A stretch of DNA of 64,000 bases from Lophium mytilinum (lineage: Eukaryota), in the NCBI GenBank assembly GCA_010093605.1, contig MU004198.1, positions 808,726 to 872,725 on the forward strand, written 5' to 3'. Shown here piece by piece: positions 11,600 to 25,345 of the stretch; the stretch's first letter is position 1, and every line of letters starts with the position of its first letter. The notes beneath the pieces are model-generated. The model was not told the DNA's origin. It did no database searches and worked only from the letters and a program-made list of their open reading frames with translations. The translations under genes and the position numbers were made by a program.

Positions 11600-12719
11600 G
11601 ACGTCCAATACCAACCTACCTTTCTCCAAGTTGCGAAAAATTTCGACATGGAGAATGAAGAAGAGCTCCTCAGCTTGATGTTGAGGGAGCCGACACCAAA
11701 TCCCAAGTCAGGTGTATCTTCTTGCTTCCTCGATGCCTATGCTGTCTTCAGAGACTTTTGCTTGCCGCACATATCCACTGCGAAAGACGCTCCAGGGCCC
11801 AAATTCTCGTCCATAGCTTACGATGTACTGGACACCAACACTGGACGGGACGCCTCTGGCAAATATACCCACACAATTGGGCAAAAGATGGAAGAGGAAT
11901 ACCGATAATATGGTGAACAAGACCACTACCTTCGCTTCATCATGCTTATGCTTTTGGAATGGGGTGAGAATGCTCAAGTCTTACGCTCCGGCGAATGGTT
12001 CGATCCCACACAGCTGTCTCAGATGGTCGTCAAGGTCGTCAGGAGGCTCTGCGGCCTAGTTCAGCGCATACGACACGAGTACGCCTGCCAGAACAGCTCC
12101 AATGCTATCATACCGTCCTTGAACCAACACAGACCGCCAAAAGAGATCTTCCGCCCGGCAGTCGACTACCAACCCAGCGATTTCGATGAACTCGCGAGTC
12201 TATTTATCCTCCAGAAGGAATACGGTCTAAAGAGCTTCTTGCAAATGCCGTGCTTCATCGAGGAATACCTAGAATTCATGCTCGCATGCCTGGAACTTGA
12301 CCATGGCGACTGGCCAGGGCTCCAGAGGCGTTCGGACTACCATTAACCCGCCCAACCTAATGCCGAGGGGATCATGGCAGATATCATTCCGGGCGTATAC
12401 CGCCGAGCTGACGGCGAATTTTCCCATCCCAAGTACGAGGTCCTGGGTCTCGAGGAGAAATTGCATTTCACCGTGCTCGAGCAATACAGCTACCTGGTCT
12501 TTTGCCTACTTTCGAACTACAACGAATTCGCCGTTTTCGAGTGGCCTGACAAGGAAATTGATCCCAACAAAAGCATGCGCCCGGGGATCTTGAAGAAATT
12601 GATTTGGGTGGTCAGATTCATTGTGCCTTCAACGCGATAAGATGAACCCGCATTGGATGATCAGGGAATTGGAAAAACAGGTTCGTGACATGTGGAGTCA
12701 GAAAATGCAAAATGCCTAG
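11600..12719 (+). pseudogene. Pseudogenised paralogue of the hypothetical gene at 31589-32800
   Basis: ORFs 11648-11908, 11942-12346 and 12374-12640 lie in one frame separated by in-frame TAA codons, with a probable frameshift near 12625. They align with the 31589-32800 protein (FLDAYAVFRDFCLP vs FLDAYAIFRDRCLP; FTVLEQYSYLVF vs FSVLEHYSCFVW; FEWPD vs FEWPT). Confidence 0.75.
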
Positions 12720-12890
12720 CCACGGCCATCTGAGGTAGCTCGGCCTATTTACAGGTCATTCAAAACAACTGATCTGCATCTCTTTTTGGTCCTTGAAAAG
12801 TTGTTGGGATATCATCAAGTCTAATTACTTTTCTCTTGATATCGACCCACCAGCCCTGGCACCCCCAGTCCAATTTTGCCCGACGAAAGG

Positions 12891-13051
12891 TGTCAGGAGC
12901 GTACCGCTCTGACGTGGAGTAGGAGCTCCACAGCCGTAGAGCCCCTACAACCCTTTCTCTTTCTCTTTCTAGTAGCTAGCATTACTTAATTAATTAACAT
13001 TCTAATTTGCACATTATATATATAACGTACGCCTGCAACTTATATATAATA
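12891..13051 (+). repeat. 5' LTR
   Basis: Starts TGTCAGGAGCGTACCGCTCTGACG; 146/161 identical to 23234-23394, all differences transitions. Confidence 0.95.
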
Positions 13052-14298
13052 GTTAGTAGCTAAGCTATATCTTAAAAACCCGGAGATTACTAACTACCTA
13101 CCTACTCTATCTAGTAAACTTCCTCTTTCCTCTAATAGCTTATATAGTTAGTAAGTACTATTTACTTACTAAAGTTATTAAAAACCCGGATTTCTTTAGC
13201 CCCTTTTTATTATATAGGCCTACTGCAGTAGTCTTAAAACCCTAGAAACTACTTATATACCTACTATAACTATTATAGTAAGTTAAAGCTACTTATATAT
13301 ATTCTACCGCCGTTCTAGTACCTTAGCTAAGTATCTTAACTAAGGTACTTTAAAGTTTAGAGCTAGTAGATACTTACTAATAGAATAAACTAGAATATAT
13401 TATTATATATAAATAGTAGCTTCTTAACCCCCTTCTTTATCTTCTAATTTCCTTATATAGCTTTTTATAGATATAATAGTAGACATATATAGTATTATAG
13501 CGAAATAAGAGTAATAATAAAGCGGGAGTAATAATAAAGATATTAATAATAATAAGCTCTTCTAGATTATTAAGATTATTCTATAAGAGTACCCTCTAGA
13601 TAATAAGAACCTAATAGTACTAGATAAGTAGGAAATAGATAATATAGAGCTAGCTAAGATAGTATATATACTTATAAATAGTATCTATATAGTCTTAGAG
13701 CTAGATATTAATTTTAATATAGACTAGGTATAGCTATTAATAGATAATCTATAGAAATATAGTATAGTCTTATAAAGGTTATACTAGGCTTATATATTTT
13801 AAGTAAGTAGAAAGGCAGTTCTATATACTTCTTTCTTAGATAAGCCCTCTAGAAGCCTACTACTACTAACGCGTAAGAACTAGAAGGAACTAATAATTAA
13901 CCCCCTCCGCTAGAAATTAATTTAAACCTACTACTAATAGTAGATAGGCCTTAGGTATTTAAAGACTAAGTACTAAGATAATACTATACTTATCTAGAAG
14001 GTAGCGCGGTAATACCTTAACTAGCCTATAGTATTTATACTAATTATAGATATAGACTATAGTACTATATAAGGTATTAATCTACTAATAGAAGTAGAAA
14101 AAAAAAAATAATACCTTTAAAAGGTAGCTATATAAGTAGAACTAAAAAACCTATAGTACCTACTTAAAGATTTAGAACTTACTATATAGAGAGCCTTACT
14201 TATAGACTTTTATAAAGTACTAGAAGTAGATAATAGAAATAAGAATATAGACTTTCTTAGAATACGCCCTATATAGAATAAAAACCTAAACCCTATAG

Positions 14299-14366
14299 TA
14301 CTAAACTCTACTATACTAAACTCTACTATACTAAACCCTACTATACTAAATTCTACTATACTAAAT
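14299..14366 (+). repeat. 15-bp tandem repeat (TACTAAACTCTACTA) x ~4.5 inside the retrotransposon
   Basis: Directly visible in the sequence. Confidence 0.85.
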
Positions 14367-14369
14367 ATA

Positions 14370-15735
14370 ATATAGAATATTCTTAATAGACTTAAGGCTA
14401 TTAAGAATAAATAACGCCTTTAAATAAATAAATAACGCCTGCAGCCTAAAGCATAATATTTCTAGAATAAATACCCCCCTAATAAGAGGCGCCTCTAGAT
14501 AAATAAATAGTATATATAAAAACGCGGATATTAAAATATATATAAGAACCTAGTATAGCGTAATTATTATATAGTGCAGCACCTTAGTTAATAGAAAGAT
14601 AAAGTAGAGAAACATATATAACTATAAAGGCTATTATAAGAGGTATTATTAGAAAATCTATAAGAACCTCTAAAAGACTAATACTAGATATAATTAGTAG
14701 ATATAGAGAATATAATATATCTATAATAGATATAGACACCTCTATATAAGCTATACCTAGTAGATATAATACTTTAGAACTCTAATAAAAGAACTATAGA
14801 AACCTTTATTTAATGCTTTAAATAAATTATATAAGTATTTAGTAAATAGTAAGTCTTAATTATACTACTACTATATCTATAAGAGATAGTAGTAGACTAG
14901 TATATAGTCTTATCTACTATAATAAGAAAGCTAATAAATAAAAGCCTTATATACTAGAAAGACTAATTAATCTAAAAATACTATATACCGCAATATGTTA
15001 CCCGTAAAAAGGCTAGAAAGTTAAAATTCTAGTTTTCTAAGGTAGAATAGCTATTACTATTAGAATATATAACTTAGAAAGTTAACCTTTTATATAATAC
15101 TAGTATAATAGATAAGTATAATATTATATATAATATATAGAAAGGCCTTAAACTAGTATTAATAAATATAGTTATAGTATATAAAGTTAGAGACACTATA
15201 TAAGACTTCTAGAGATGTATATAATAGTAACTTCTAGTAGTAGAATAGATATAGCGCATTATAAATAAGCTAGTAAAGTATATAGAATAATTTCTAGCTA
15301 TAGACTACGTATAAATACTACTAGAAAAAACTAATAGAAGATTAGGGGACTAGTTAGGTTTATTATAGTAAAATAGGCAAAATAGACTATATACTATAAA
15401 GCTAGATACTAGGGAAAATAATAGTAAGGAAGTTAGCGTTAAGAATATAAAAAACTTAAATAATAAGAATAATAAGTACTAAAAGTATAAACCCTAAAGG
15501 CCCTATAGATACTATAAAGCTTTAGAAAAGCTAGCTAAATTCTACTAGTAAAGCCTATACCTAAATTAGGATAAAATAAGCTAGGATAATATAAAAGTCT
15601 ATAAGATGGAAGCGGATAAATATAAAGATAATAATAATAACTCTAATACTTCCTCTAGTACGCTTAATAATATTAAATAGCTTATAGATAACTCCTTCTC
15701 CTCCTTCTTAGAAAATAAGAAAGAGGATTATTAAT
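14370..15735 (+). pseudogene. gag remnant (boundaries approximate)
   Basis: De-RIPed zinc-knuckle-like RPC.HC...H....CP at ~15500-15565, an acidic tail, and a possible RIPed GGAAAAC-type -1 frameshift site at ~15710-15716. Confidence 0.55.
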
Positions 15736-18700
15736 ACTAGGTTATAACCTACTAAATATAAAACCCCCGGACGGCTTAAAATTCCTATTAGTTATAGAGG
15801 GTATAGCTATCTTAGCGCGTACCTACTATATTAAAATTAGTAAATAAATTAAGTCTAGTAAGAGGTTCTTATAATATATTAATATAAAAGTTTTAGCTAT
15901 AGTATCTATAGAGGGTATACTAATATATAGAGTAAACCTAGATATAGGCTCTATAATTATACTTATAGACTAAACCTTTCTTAAGTAGTACTATCTGCAT
16001 AAGAAAATTAAAAATTAAAAAAAGAAGGTTATTATAACTAGAATTAGCTTAAAATTAGTTAGTATAAAATAATACGTTAATATTATAGTATATTTCCTCT
16101 CTAGCGCGGGAGAACTAATTAATATTAAAGTTAAGGCACACGTTATTTTAAATCTTAATATAGGCCTACTACTAGGCATTAATATACTTTAACTAGCTAG
16201 ATTAAACGTTATATAGGCGGATAAAAAGGGACTAGATTAACTATATAAAGGGGGGATAGTAATCCTAATTAAAGTAATAGCGCGCACACTGCCGGCGATA
16301 AAAAAACTAAGAATAGTAGTAATAAGAGTATTCTTAAGAGAAGATATTACTATCTAACTAGGCTATAGCCTTAATTTACCTATATAAACCTAATAAAAGA
16401 ATATTAGCCTATACTTATTTATTCCCTATTAAGATTTTATAGATAAGGCCTATAGTATATATAGGTTTAGTATGCAAGCTATACTACTAGAAGCTAATAG
16501 TTCTATTCTATTTATAAACTTTAGGGAGTAACTACTTATACTCTATAAAGGTAGATAACTTAGATACCTATTAAGATTTAAGAAGGAAAAGATAAAGAGA
16601 TTATTCTAGGTAAATATTAATTTTATATTAGTATTTATAGTAAAAGTATATAATAAGTATAGTAAACCTTTAATTCTATTTATACTAAACCTTTAGAAAG
16701 AGACTCCTAAGATAAAGAATATAGATATCTTAGAATATTTTAGTAAGGAATATAAGGACTCTATACTAAAACTTCTTTCTAAATACTTTAGGTTATTTAA
16801 TAGCCCTTTAGAGTTATTTAATAATAGTATTAAAATGCCTATTCTATTTTAAGATAAAATAGATATACTAGGCCTAAAGTAGAGGGCGTATAAATAGTCT
16901 ATAAGAGATAAGAAGACTATAGATAAAATTCTAGATCCGCTTATTACTTAAGGATAGATTAAAAAGGTTCCTCTAGAATAGCCTATAGCAGCTATATTGC
17001 TAGCTTTTATTATCTAGAGGAACGGTAAGCTAAAGGTAGTAGTAGACCTATGTAAGATTAATATAAAGCTATACTCTAATATATATCTACTACCTAAATA
17101 GAATAAAATCTTTAACTAACTTAGCGGTGCTATAATTTTCTCTAGTATAGATATAGTTAAAGGTTTCTTCTAGTAAAGGCTACGCGTAGTAGATAGATAG
17201 AAGACTAGATTTATCTTCTATAGAGAACATAAGCAGCTTACTATAGCTATAATAGAACTAGTAAACTTACTAGGCTTCTTCTAGTATTATATAGAGTATA
17301 TATTTATAAAATACCTCTAGAAATTTATTATAGTATATATAGATAATATTCTAGTATATTCTAGAATACTAGAAGAATATCTAGAATATCTAGATAAGAT
17401 TCTATACCTCTTATATAATTTAGAAGTAACGCTATTATTAGTAAAATGCTATTTTACTTACTCTAGCCTAGACGCTCTAGAATATTACGTATTAAGGCTA
17501 GGCCTAGAAATAACTATAGAAAAGACTAAAGCTATATAGAACCTATAATTCCCTAAAATACTTAAGAAGCTAGAAAGCGCGCTTGCCTTTTTTAGATAGT
17601 ATAGGTAGTATATCTAGAGGTATATAAAAATTATTAGCCTATTATATAAGCTAAAAATAATAGGTCTAAAAGATAGCCTATTAGGGGGTAGAGTGCGTAA
17701 GACCTATATAGAGAAATAGCGCATAGAAAACCTATTCTAGAATTACCTTTAAATCTAGTAGAAGATTAAAAATAAGCTATATACCGCGCCTATTCTTACT
17801 ATTCTAGATTTTAATAAGGACTTTATCTTATATATTAATAGTAGTAAGAAATAAGGTTATAGAGCCGCCCTATACTAGATAGATATAGAGGGAGTTAAAT
17901 ACCCTATATACTTTATTAGCTATAAACTAAAGAAATATAAGCGTAACTACTAGGCTATAGAGCTTAAAGCTAGAGCACTAGTATAGGCCTTATATAAGTT
18001 ATAGTATTATCTAGAAGAAAATAAGTTTACTATATATATTAATTATAACGCCCTATAGTTAGTATTATAGATAGGCGGTAAGAATTATAGGTTCTAGAGG
18101 TTAAAGAAGTAGAAAATATACCTAGTAATATACCTTAATAATATAACTATTATCTATAAACTAGAAAAATACTATAATAACGCTAATAGACTCTTATAGC
18201 TTCTAGTAGAAGAAGATACTATATAGAAAAAAAATAAGCTTAATATTTAGCTTATATAGTATTAAGTAATAATTACTATAATAGTAAAGAATAAATATAA
18301 AACTAGAATATAAGAAAACTTACTATAGAACTAAGTATTTAGGGTAATTCTAGAATATATTAGAAATAAGATTAAAGTATCTCTAGATAAAATAGTAACC
18401 TACTATAGTTTTCTATTTAACTAAGGCCTACTATATATAAGGGATAGAGAATCTAAGTATATATACTTATCTATTACTATAGTTAATAATGCTATTAGAG
18501 CCGCATATAACGCATATAGCTATACTAGACTAGCACGGACTTATTAAAAGCTTTATCGCAAAGTATATATTCTAAGACTAAGAAAATAAGTAGATAAATA
18601 TATTAGCGCATGCCTAGTATACTAGATATTAAAATATAGTAAAAAGCGTCTATATAGTAAACTAAAACTAGTATATACTCTAGATAGGCTATTCTATACG

Positions 18701-19750
18701 CTTATAATAGACTTTATTATAGGGCTGCTAGTCTCTCTATAAGAATATAATATACTTATAACTATAATAGATAAATTTTTAAAAGTAGTACTACTTATTC
18801 TAGGAATTAATATAGACTCCGCAGAGGTCTAGATAGAATATTTTTTTAATAGGTTATATAGTATATAGGGCTTGCCTAAGGCTATTATTAGTAATTACAA
18901 CCCTAAGTTTATAAGTACTTTCTAGTAGAAGGTTTTTACTAAATATAGTATAAACTTATATATAATAATCTTATACTACCTATTAGCTAATAGCTAAGTA
19001 GAATAAATAAACTAGATAGTAGAAACTACGCTTTAATACTTACTTATTAGTAAGTATAAAATAGAATAGTAGAACGCCCTACTAATAGTAGAATATAGCT
19101 TAAATATAGCGCCTAATAATTTAATAAAGAATACGCCGTTTAAAGTGCTATATAGAATACCGCCTAAGATATTCTAGAAAGAGAGTAGTTATAACGCGTT
19201 ACTAGATTTTCTTACTAATAGGGAATTAATATAATAGAATATAGCTAATATATCTAAGCTAGCGTAAGCCTAAATAGTAGTGCACTATAATAGAAAAAGA
19301 ATAATTCTAGACCTAAAGGGCTTAGTATACCTAAAAGTAGTGCGCGGAATAAAACCTAGTTTTAAGTTACTAGGTAGTATAGCCCTATCTACTATTAAAG
19401 TAGAACCTTTTAAGATTAAAAGACGGGTTAATAACCTAGCGTATAAACTTTACCTACTAAAAACCTATAGTAGAATTTATCTAGTAATTAGCGTAGTATA
19501 TCTAGAGTAAGCTATACTAGACCTATTAATAAGAGATATAGTACTGCCGCTACCGCTTCTTATTAAAGAATAAGAAAAATAGATTATAGAAAAGATTATA
19601 TAATAGAAGTAAATACTATAAGATAATAAGTATATAGTTTAATAGAAGGGCTATAAGAAGAAGATAGAGAAACTAGTTATATAGCTTATAGAGAATATGC
19701 CTTTTATTATAGAAAACTATAAAAGGCGCTATAAGCGGCGCGCAGAGTAA
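15735..19750 (+). pseudogene. pol remnant: protease, reverse transcriptase, RNase H, integrase, chromodomain
   Basis: De-RIPed motifs in Gypsy order: LD(T)GS (~15938), VY.DDILVYS (~17332), FILY.DGS...YGAALYQ (~17822), HHCC (~18505-18625), MDF..GLP (~18707), SD.DPKF.S.FW (~18890), E..NQ.VE (~19000), LVISVVYLE (~19500), and EKI...EY.V.WKGY chromodomain (~19585-19655). Confidence 0.85.
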
Positions 19751-22700
19751 TAGTAAGTTTATTTTTAGTATTTTAGCGTCTTAGCGTTTTAGTGTATTTC
19801 TTTTCTAACTTTAGTATTACTATTATTCTAGTAATATTAATAATAGAAATAACTATTATAAACTTTTATAACTTTATAACCTTACTTTTTATTATAATAC
19901 TATAAAAAAAGCGGCCGCGCTATAGGCGCTATACCCGCCGCATAACCTATATAATAAATTCTACCTACCTACCCCTTATATAATTCTATTATAATAAACG
20001 CTGCGCATAATAAACTACCTCTAACGCTAGAAGCCGGGCAATAGTAATAGACGTATCCCGCTAGCTATAAAAGATAAAAACTATAAGATAGCCTATATAA
20101 GCCCTTTAGTATATAGGTTTACTATATATAATATAATAATAGAATCTATAGTAAATATTCTTCTACTATATCTTACCTATTTATTAGACTATATCGCGGT
20201 TAAAATAGCATTACTAGTTAAGGCGCGCAAGATATTAATTAATTATATTATATAGAACTATTCTAGAGATTTTATAAGATTAAAGAAACTGCATCTATAA
20301 AGAATATTAGTAGAATACCCTTAGCTTATTAAGAATAATAATAGTATATAGAGATATAGTAAGCTATATAGAAACTACTATACTATAAGAGATAAAGAAG
20401 TATTACGCGGTTTTTCTAATACTATTAAAGAAAACTATAGAATTAGTATTTAATAGCTTATAATTAAGCTATTTAACCTAGCACTAGCTTTAAATATAAA
20501 CCTAATATATAGCTTATAAGTAGACCTTAAGAAATACTAAGCCCTAAATAAAGAAATTCTAAGTATAGTATAATTAGATACTATAAAGAAATAATAGAAG
20601 TATAATATGCATAGAGCACCTATAAAATAAGCCTTAGTACCGCGTATAGATTTCTCTACTAAGGACCTCTATAAAGGTTTATACTAGAAATAACTATTAT
20701 ATATCTTCTAGTAACCTATTACTCTCTATAACTCTAGTATATTTATAGGTTATATACTAGATAGTATAAAGTAAGCTTAAGAATAATATACTTAATAGTA
20801 GATATAGTAATAGGCCGCTATAAGCTAAGAATTAAATTCTATCTAGTAGTTAAAAGCGGCGCAGCAGCTTATTTATAAGAACTTAAGTTAAGCTAATCTC
20901 TTACTTAAAACCTCTATATTATTAATATCCTATATAACTTATATATTAATAGCTCCCTTTCTAATCTCTATACTATTAGTACTCTATATAAACCCTATAC
21001 TATAGATACCTTTCTCTATAATTATAGGAACTATAGACTTCTCTATACTTATAAATAATATATGCGCATTTCTATAGTAGAATTCTAGTATAGCCCCTAG
21101 ACTACTATAATCTATTAAATTAGCTAAGTCTAGCGCAGCCCCTAGACTACTATAATTAGCTAAACTAGACGCCCCTAAGATTCTAAAGGTGCGGAGAGTA
21201 AAGAACTTTAAATTTCTAGAGCCTCTAGCTTTTAGATATATAGTATAGCCGGAATTATAGGCTATATAGAAGCTATAGCTATAGCTACTAGTATTAATAA
21301 TATTCTATAAGATTTATATAATGCCTATTTAGTATATAATAGAACTGCAAGAACTTAATATACTAAATAATAGTATAATATATATTTATATAGAAAACTA
21401 GAATACTTTATATAATAAGTATAACTCTCTATAGAAAGAATTTAGAATAATAGTTATAATAAACCTATACCTAACTAAGAATCTTATAATTATAGGGACG
21501 CACGTTATTAATATTAAGAACTAGTACTATTAGAAGATTTTAGTTCTCTATAATACTTTAGATAATATATTAAAGATAAACTTTAGATCTATAAAGGGGT
21601 ATAAGCGCGTATAGACTAAGAAATAGGTACTCTAGTAATAATATAATATATTAAAGAACTATAGCGCATAAGCTAATATATATAACCTATAATAGCGGTA
21701 TAATACTCTATTAGTAGACTATAATATATAAAATACGCGCCTAGTAGAAACTATAAAGAAGTTAAAAGCTTTATAGATTAACGCGCGTATAACTAAAGCC
21801 TAGCTTAATATCTTACATATATAATATCTATATACCTTAAAACCCCTATATAATAAAGAAGGCAAGTAAGTAATTATTAAGATATCTACCTATTTACTAC
21901 GCATAATAAATAACTATACCTTAGGCATACTTAACTTATTTAAGCGCTAAAATAATTATATAAAGAAGCTTTTTATAGAGCTTAGAGAGATAATATTATA
22001 CTACTCTAGTATAATACAAGTATTAAAGAGCTATTATACTAAGTTTAAAGATTAGTCTATAGTAGCTATTATTAATGTATTATCTATACTAGACGCGCAC
22101 TTAAGAATACTAAACTATTCTTTAGATATAAATATAGCGTTTTAGAATTCCGCCCTATATAATAATAGGTAGAGCGCTATATATATATAGGTGCTAATAA
22201 AGAAGTTTAATATTAGATATAATATAATCTATCTACTACTATTAAACTTCTTTCTACTTAAGGATTTTAAGGATAATACTATCTAATAACTACGCCCGGC
22301 CCTAGTAGCTATACTAGCCCTACTAGCTCTACCTAGCCTAGTACTAGCTCTAGCGTAACCCCCGCTAACTCTAGTATAATAGGGCCTAGTTAAGTAATAG
22401 TATAGTAATCTTATTCTATAGTAAATATTTATAGAAATATTTAAAGATAGAAGGAAAGTATAGTCTATACTAGCTATATACCCTAATAAATACTTATAAA
22501 TAGAGAAGCTAGAAATAAGTAGCCTTAAATATAAAGCTTCTAATCTATAAAAGAGAGTTACTAACGCGCTTAATAACGCGCTTAATAATATTCTAAATAA
22601 TATATATAGCCTGTAATTATATAAAATATATAGTAGTTATAATAGAGATATAGATAATAGAAACCTAGATAATACTAAGTTTAATCTTATATAAGTAAAG

Positions 22701-23233
22701 AAGGATAAGTATAAAATATAGGAGTTATTATTAAGTATATAGAATATTTACTTATAATAAAATATACCTGTTCTATCTAAAGACGGCCTACTAGAGCTAA
22801 TAATATTACTAGCCGCACCTAAGCAGCTATCTATAATTATTTAGGTAAGCGCGTAATAGTAGAAACTATATAATCTTATAAAGAAATTTCCTATAACTGC
22901 CTTTAAGAACTCTTACCTGCGCACTATATATAAAGCTAAGCGCGGAAGAAAAGTCTAAACACCCCTAATTGCCTTCTAGTTTAATTAGCTACGGCTTAAT
23001 TACCTATCGCCTAGTATAACTCTTTTTCTTAGTTTAAGTTTATTATACCCGGCGTATAGCTCTAATATGCCCCTTTTCCTTTAAGTGTAGTTTATACTAT
23101 CTAGTATAAAGCTCTAAGTTTCCCCTTTCTTTTAGTTTACACCTTCTCTTATATTAGAGGACACCCGCTTCCTAGGGACCTTTCTTCTAATAGCATGCGG
23201 ATAAGGATACCCGCTTCTTAGGAGGGGGGCAAT

Positions 23234-23394
23234 TGTTAGGAGCGTACCGCTCTGACGTAGAGTAGGAGCTCTACAGCCGTAGAGCCCCTATAACCCTTTC
23301 TCTTTCTCTTTCTAGTAGCTAGCATCACTTAATTAATTAACATTCTAATTTGCACATCACGTACACGACGTACGCCTGCAACTCATACGTGATA
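23234..23394 (+). repeat. 3' LTR
   Basis: Direct repeat of 12891-13051, preceded by the PPT and followed by the AAAGG TSD. The terminal CA is RIPed to TA. Confidence 0.95.
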
Positions 23395-24149
23395 AAAGGT
23401 ATCCGTTCCTCCACCTTAAACCCCTACGACCTATTCAACACCTCTGAAGAGACGAAGACTGAAATGGAATCGTTGTAGACCTCGAGTAGTGCTTAGCAAC
23501 TACACGCTCACTCAAAGAACACCATACAAGGTATATCGTCCCATCAATGGAGTAGGCTACCTCCGGCTCAAGCATCGACGCATCCTTGTCACGTTTAAAG
23601 GCTTACTGGATCCTTTGGGGACCTGAATGTTTAAACGGTCGGGACGTCCCTCTTCGAATAACCGCTTTCTCTCCAAGACAAGTGGCATAGATGGCCCCAG
23701 CACTAAGCCGTAAGTAGTATGAGAAGAAGAGGTAACACGCCAAAGACAATGCCGAAAGTGAGGGTTTGGTGGGCAGTTGCAGGGGTGCATTCATTGCGAC
23801 CGGATTAATTTGAGCTATCTCTTGACTACCTCTTGCCTATCGGAGCCCTTTGCCTTGGGGTGTGCTCCTGACAGTGATTGCTCGCTTCCAAAAGGGGCAC
23901 TCAAGCAGTAGTGAACAAGTGACGGTATTTCCATCACGCCCACCTCTTAGGCACCCAAATATCTCACCAACCGGGTGCTCCTCTTACTCACTTACTACCA
24001 CTGCTTGGAGGACCTCAACTACCAACTATCCAACCGCCAACAGCTAGTCTGATCTCCACTGCTCCAACATTTCTATCACATCCAGCATTTCAGAAGCCTC
24101 ACTTGCCGAACTCTACTCCTTCTGCCTCCATCCCCTCTAACGGCCGCTC

Positions 24150-25045
24150 AAACTTCCTCGCCCACACGTCGTCGCCCTCTTCCTTCCCATGCATTCCAAA
24201 ACTCTTTGGACTCAGGTCCATAAAGACATCTCGCATCTCCGCACTCCGCTGATGAAAAAGCAAAGCATGCGTCTCGCCTTCGCTGTCCTGGCCGCCGATG
24301 CCTCAAGTGAGTCGCCCGCCTCTGTATTTCTCCCACATGACCCGAATTCCTCGTGTCCTTGCGCAGCAAAGTCCAGAAAGCCAAGCTGGCGCAGCGGATC
24401 GTACGAGATTTGGTGCGCGTTCTGATAAACGATCTCGCTAGCGAGCTCGAAACCATTGAGGATGGCGCAATAGCTAGCACGGTGAGGTTGTTCGACAGCG
24501 AAGGCAGCGGGGAGGGTGAGCACAAATAAGTCCGTAATTCCAGGTTCGCTAGAGTCGCCGGAAGGCAAGGTGCGGAGGTCGGGGCACGGGTGAACTGAGA
24601 CGGTGGCTGGCGAAGATACGGAAGTAGGGGCGTTAGGGCAAGCAGAGTGGAGGGGTGGTTGCGTTCGCGTTCAAAGTATTGCGAGGAAAATGGGAGGATC
24701 TTCCAATCTTTGAAGTTAGTGAGTTCACTGCTGTTTGATGCCGGATCGAATGACATGAGGGTGGAAGGTGTAACTCACCAATGATCATGACGACTTTCTC
24801 ATCGTCATTTGCGTCCACACTCCGCCATGCGCGAGCTACATCCTCGCATTTGGATAAGGCGACTTTAGCATTGGCCCACGCTGTGGCCTCGATGCCTACC
24901 GGGCCATCCGTCGTAACCCTACGCTCAAAGTGGATATCGACGAAAGTACAGACCGCCTGCATTGCTGGCGTTGGAGCTCCAGGTAGCGCAGGTCCGCTTT
25001 TGCCGTGTTGATACCTTTGGGGAGCCTAGATTTGAGTAAAGACAT
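24150..25045 (-). pseudogene. Degenerate coding remnant, possibly enoyl-CoA hydratase/crotonase-like
   Basis: Fragment CEDVARAWRSVDANDDEKVVMIIG resembles the crotonase helix-DDDVKVVILTG segment and is followed by a GTGAGT donor. Downstream frames are broken. Confidence 0.3.
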
Positions 25046-25345
25046 GGTACTGATATAAGATGGTGTAAAAGAGGAGAGAGTCGTTATAAATTTGAAGAGA
25101 AAGAGACGGAGTAAGGCGGCACCCGGCACAGCAGTTGCAGCCTAGCTTCTGCTTATTAACATCCCTGTGCCGCACTGCAGGGAGATGGACATGTCTATCT
25201 TAGTGTGCAGACGGGTGAAATTGAAAGAAGAAACGCACAACGTCGATGATGGAGTGGGCTACTCTTTGCGGCGGGGGTTGCAACCGATGCGATGCCTGAT
25301 CGCCCTGGAAGACGCCTGGCGATGGCTTCCTCGATGGAGTTGGAG

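Larger units (their letters stand above)
12891..23394 (+). mobile_element. Ty3/Gypsy chromovirus-type LTR retrotransposon, full length (10.5 kb), heavily RIP-mutated
   Basis: 161-bp direct LTRs, 5-bp TSD AAAGG (12886-12890 / 23395-23399), polypurine tract GGAGGGGGG at 23221, very AT-rich TpA-rich interior with gag/pol remnants. Confidence 0.95.

Noticed and set aside
13052..13070. tRNA primer-binding site
   Set aside because: TTAGTAGCTAAGC could de-RIP to TGGTAGC (tRNA-Met-like) but is too mutated to assert.
14299..14366. CRISPR-like array
   Set aside because: Contiguous 15-bp tandem repeat with no spacers, inside a eukaryotic retrotransposon.
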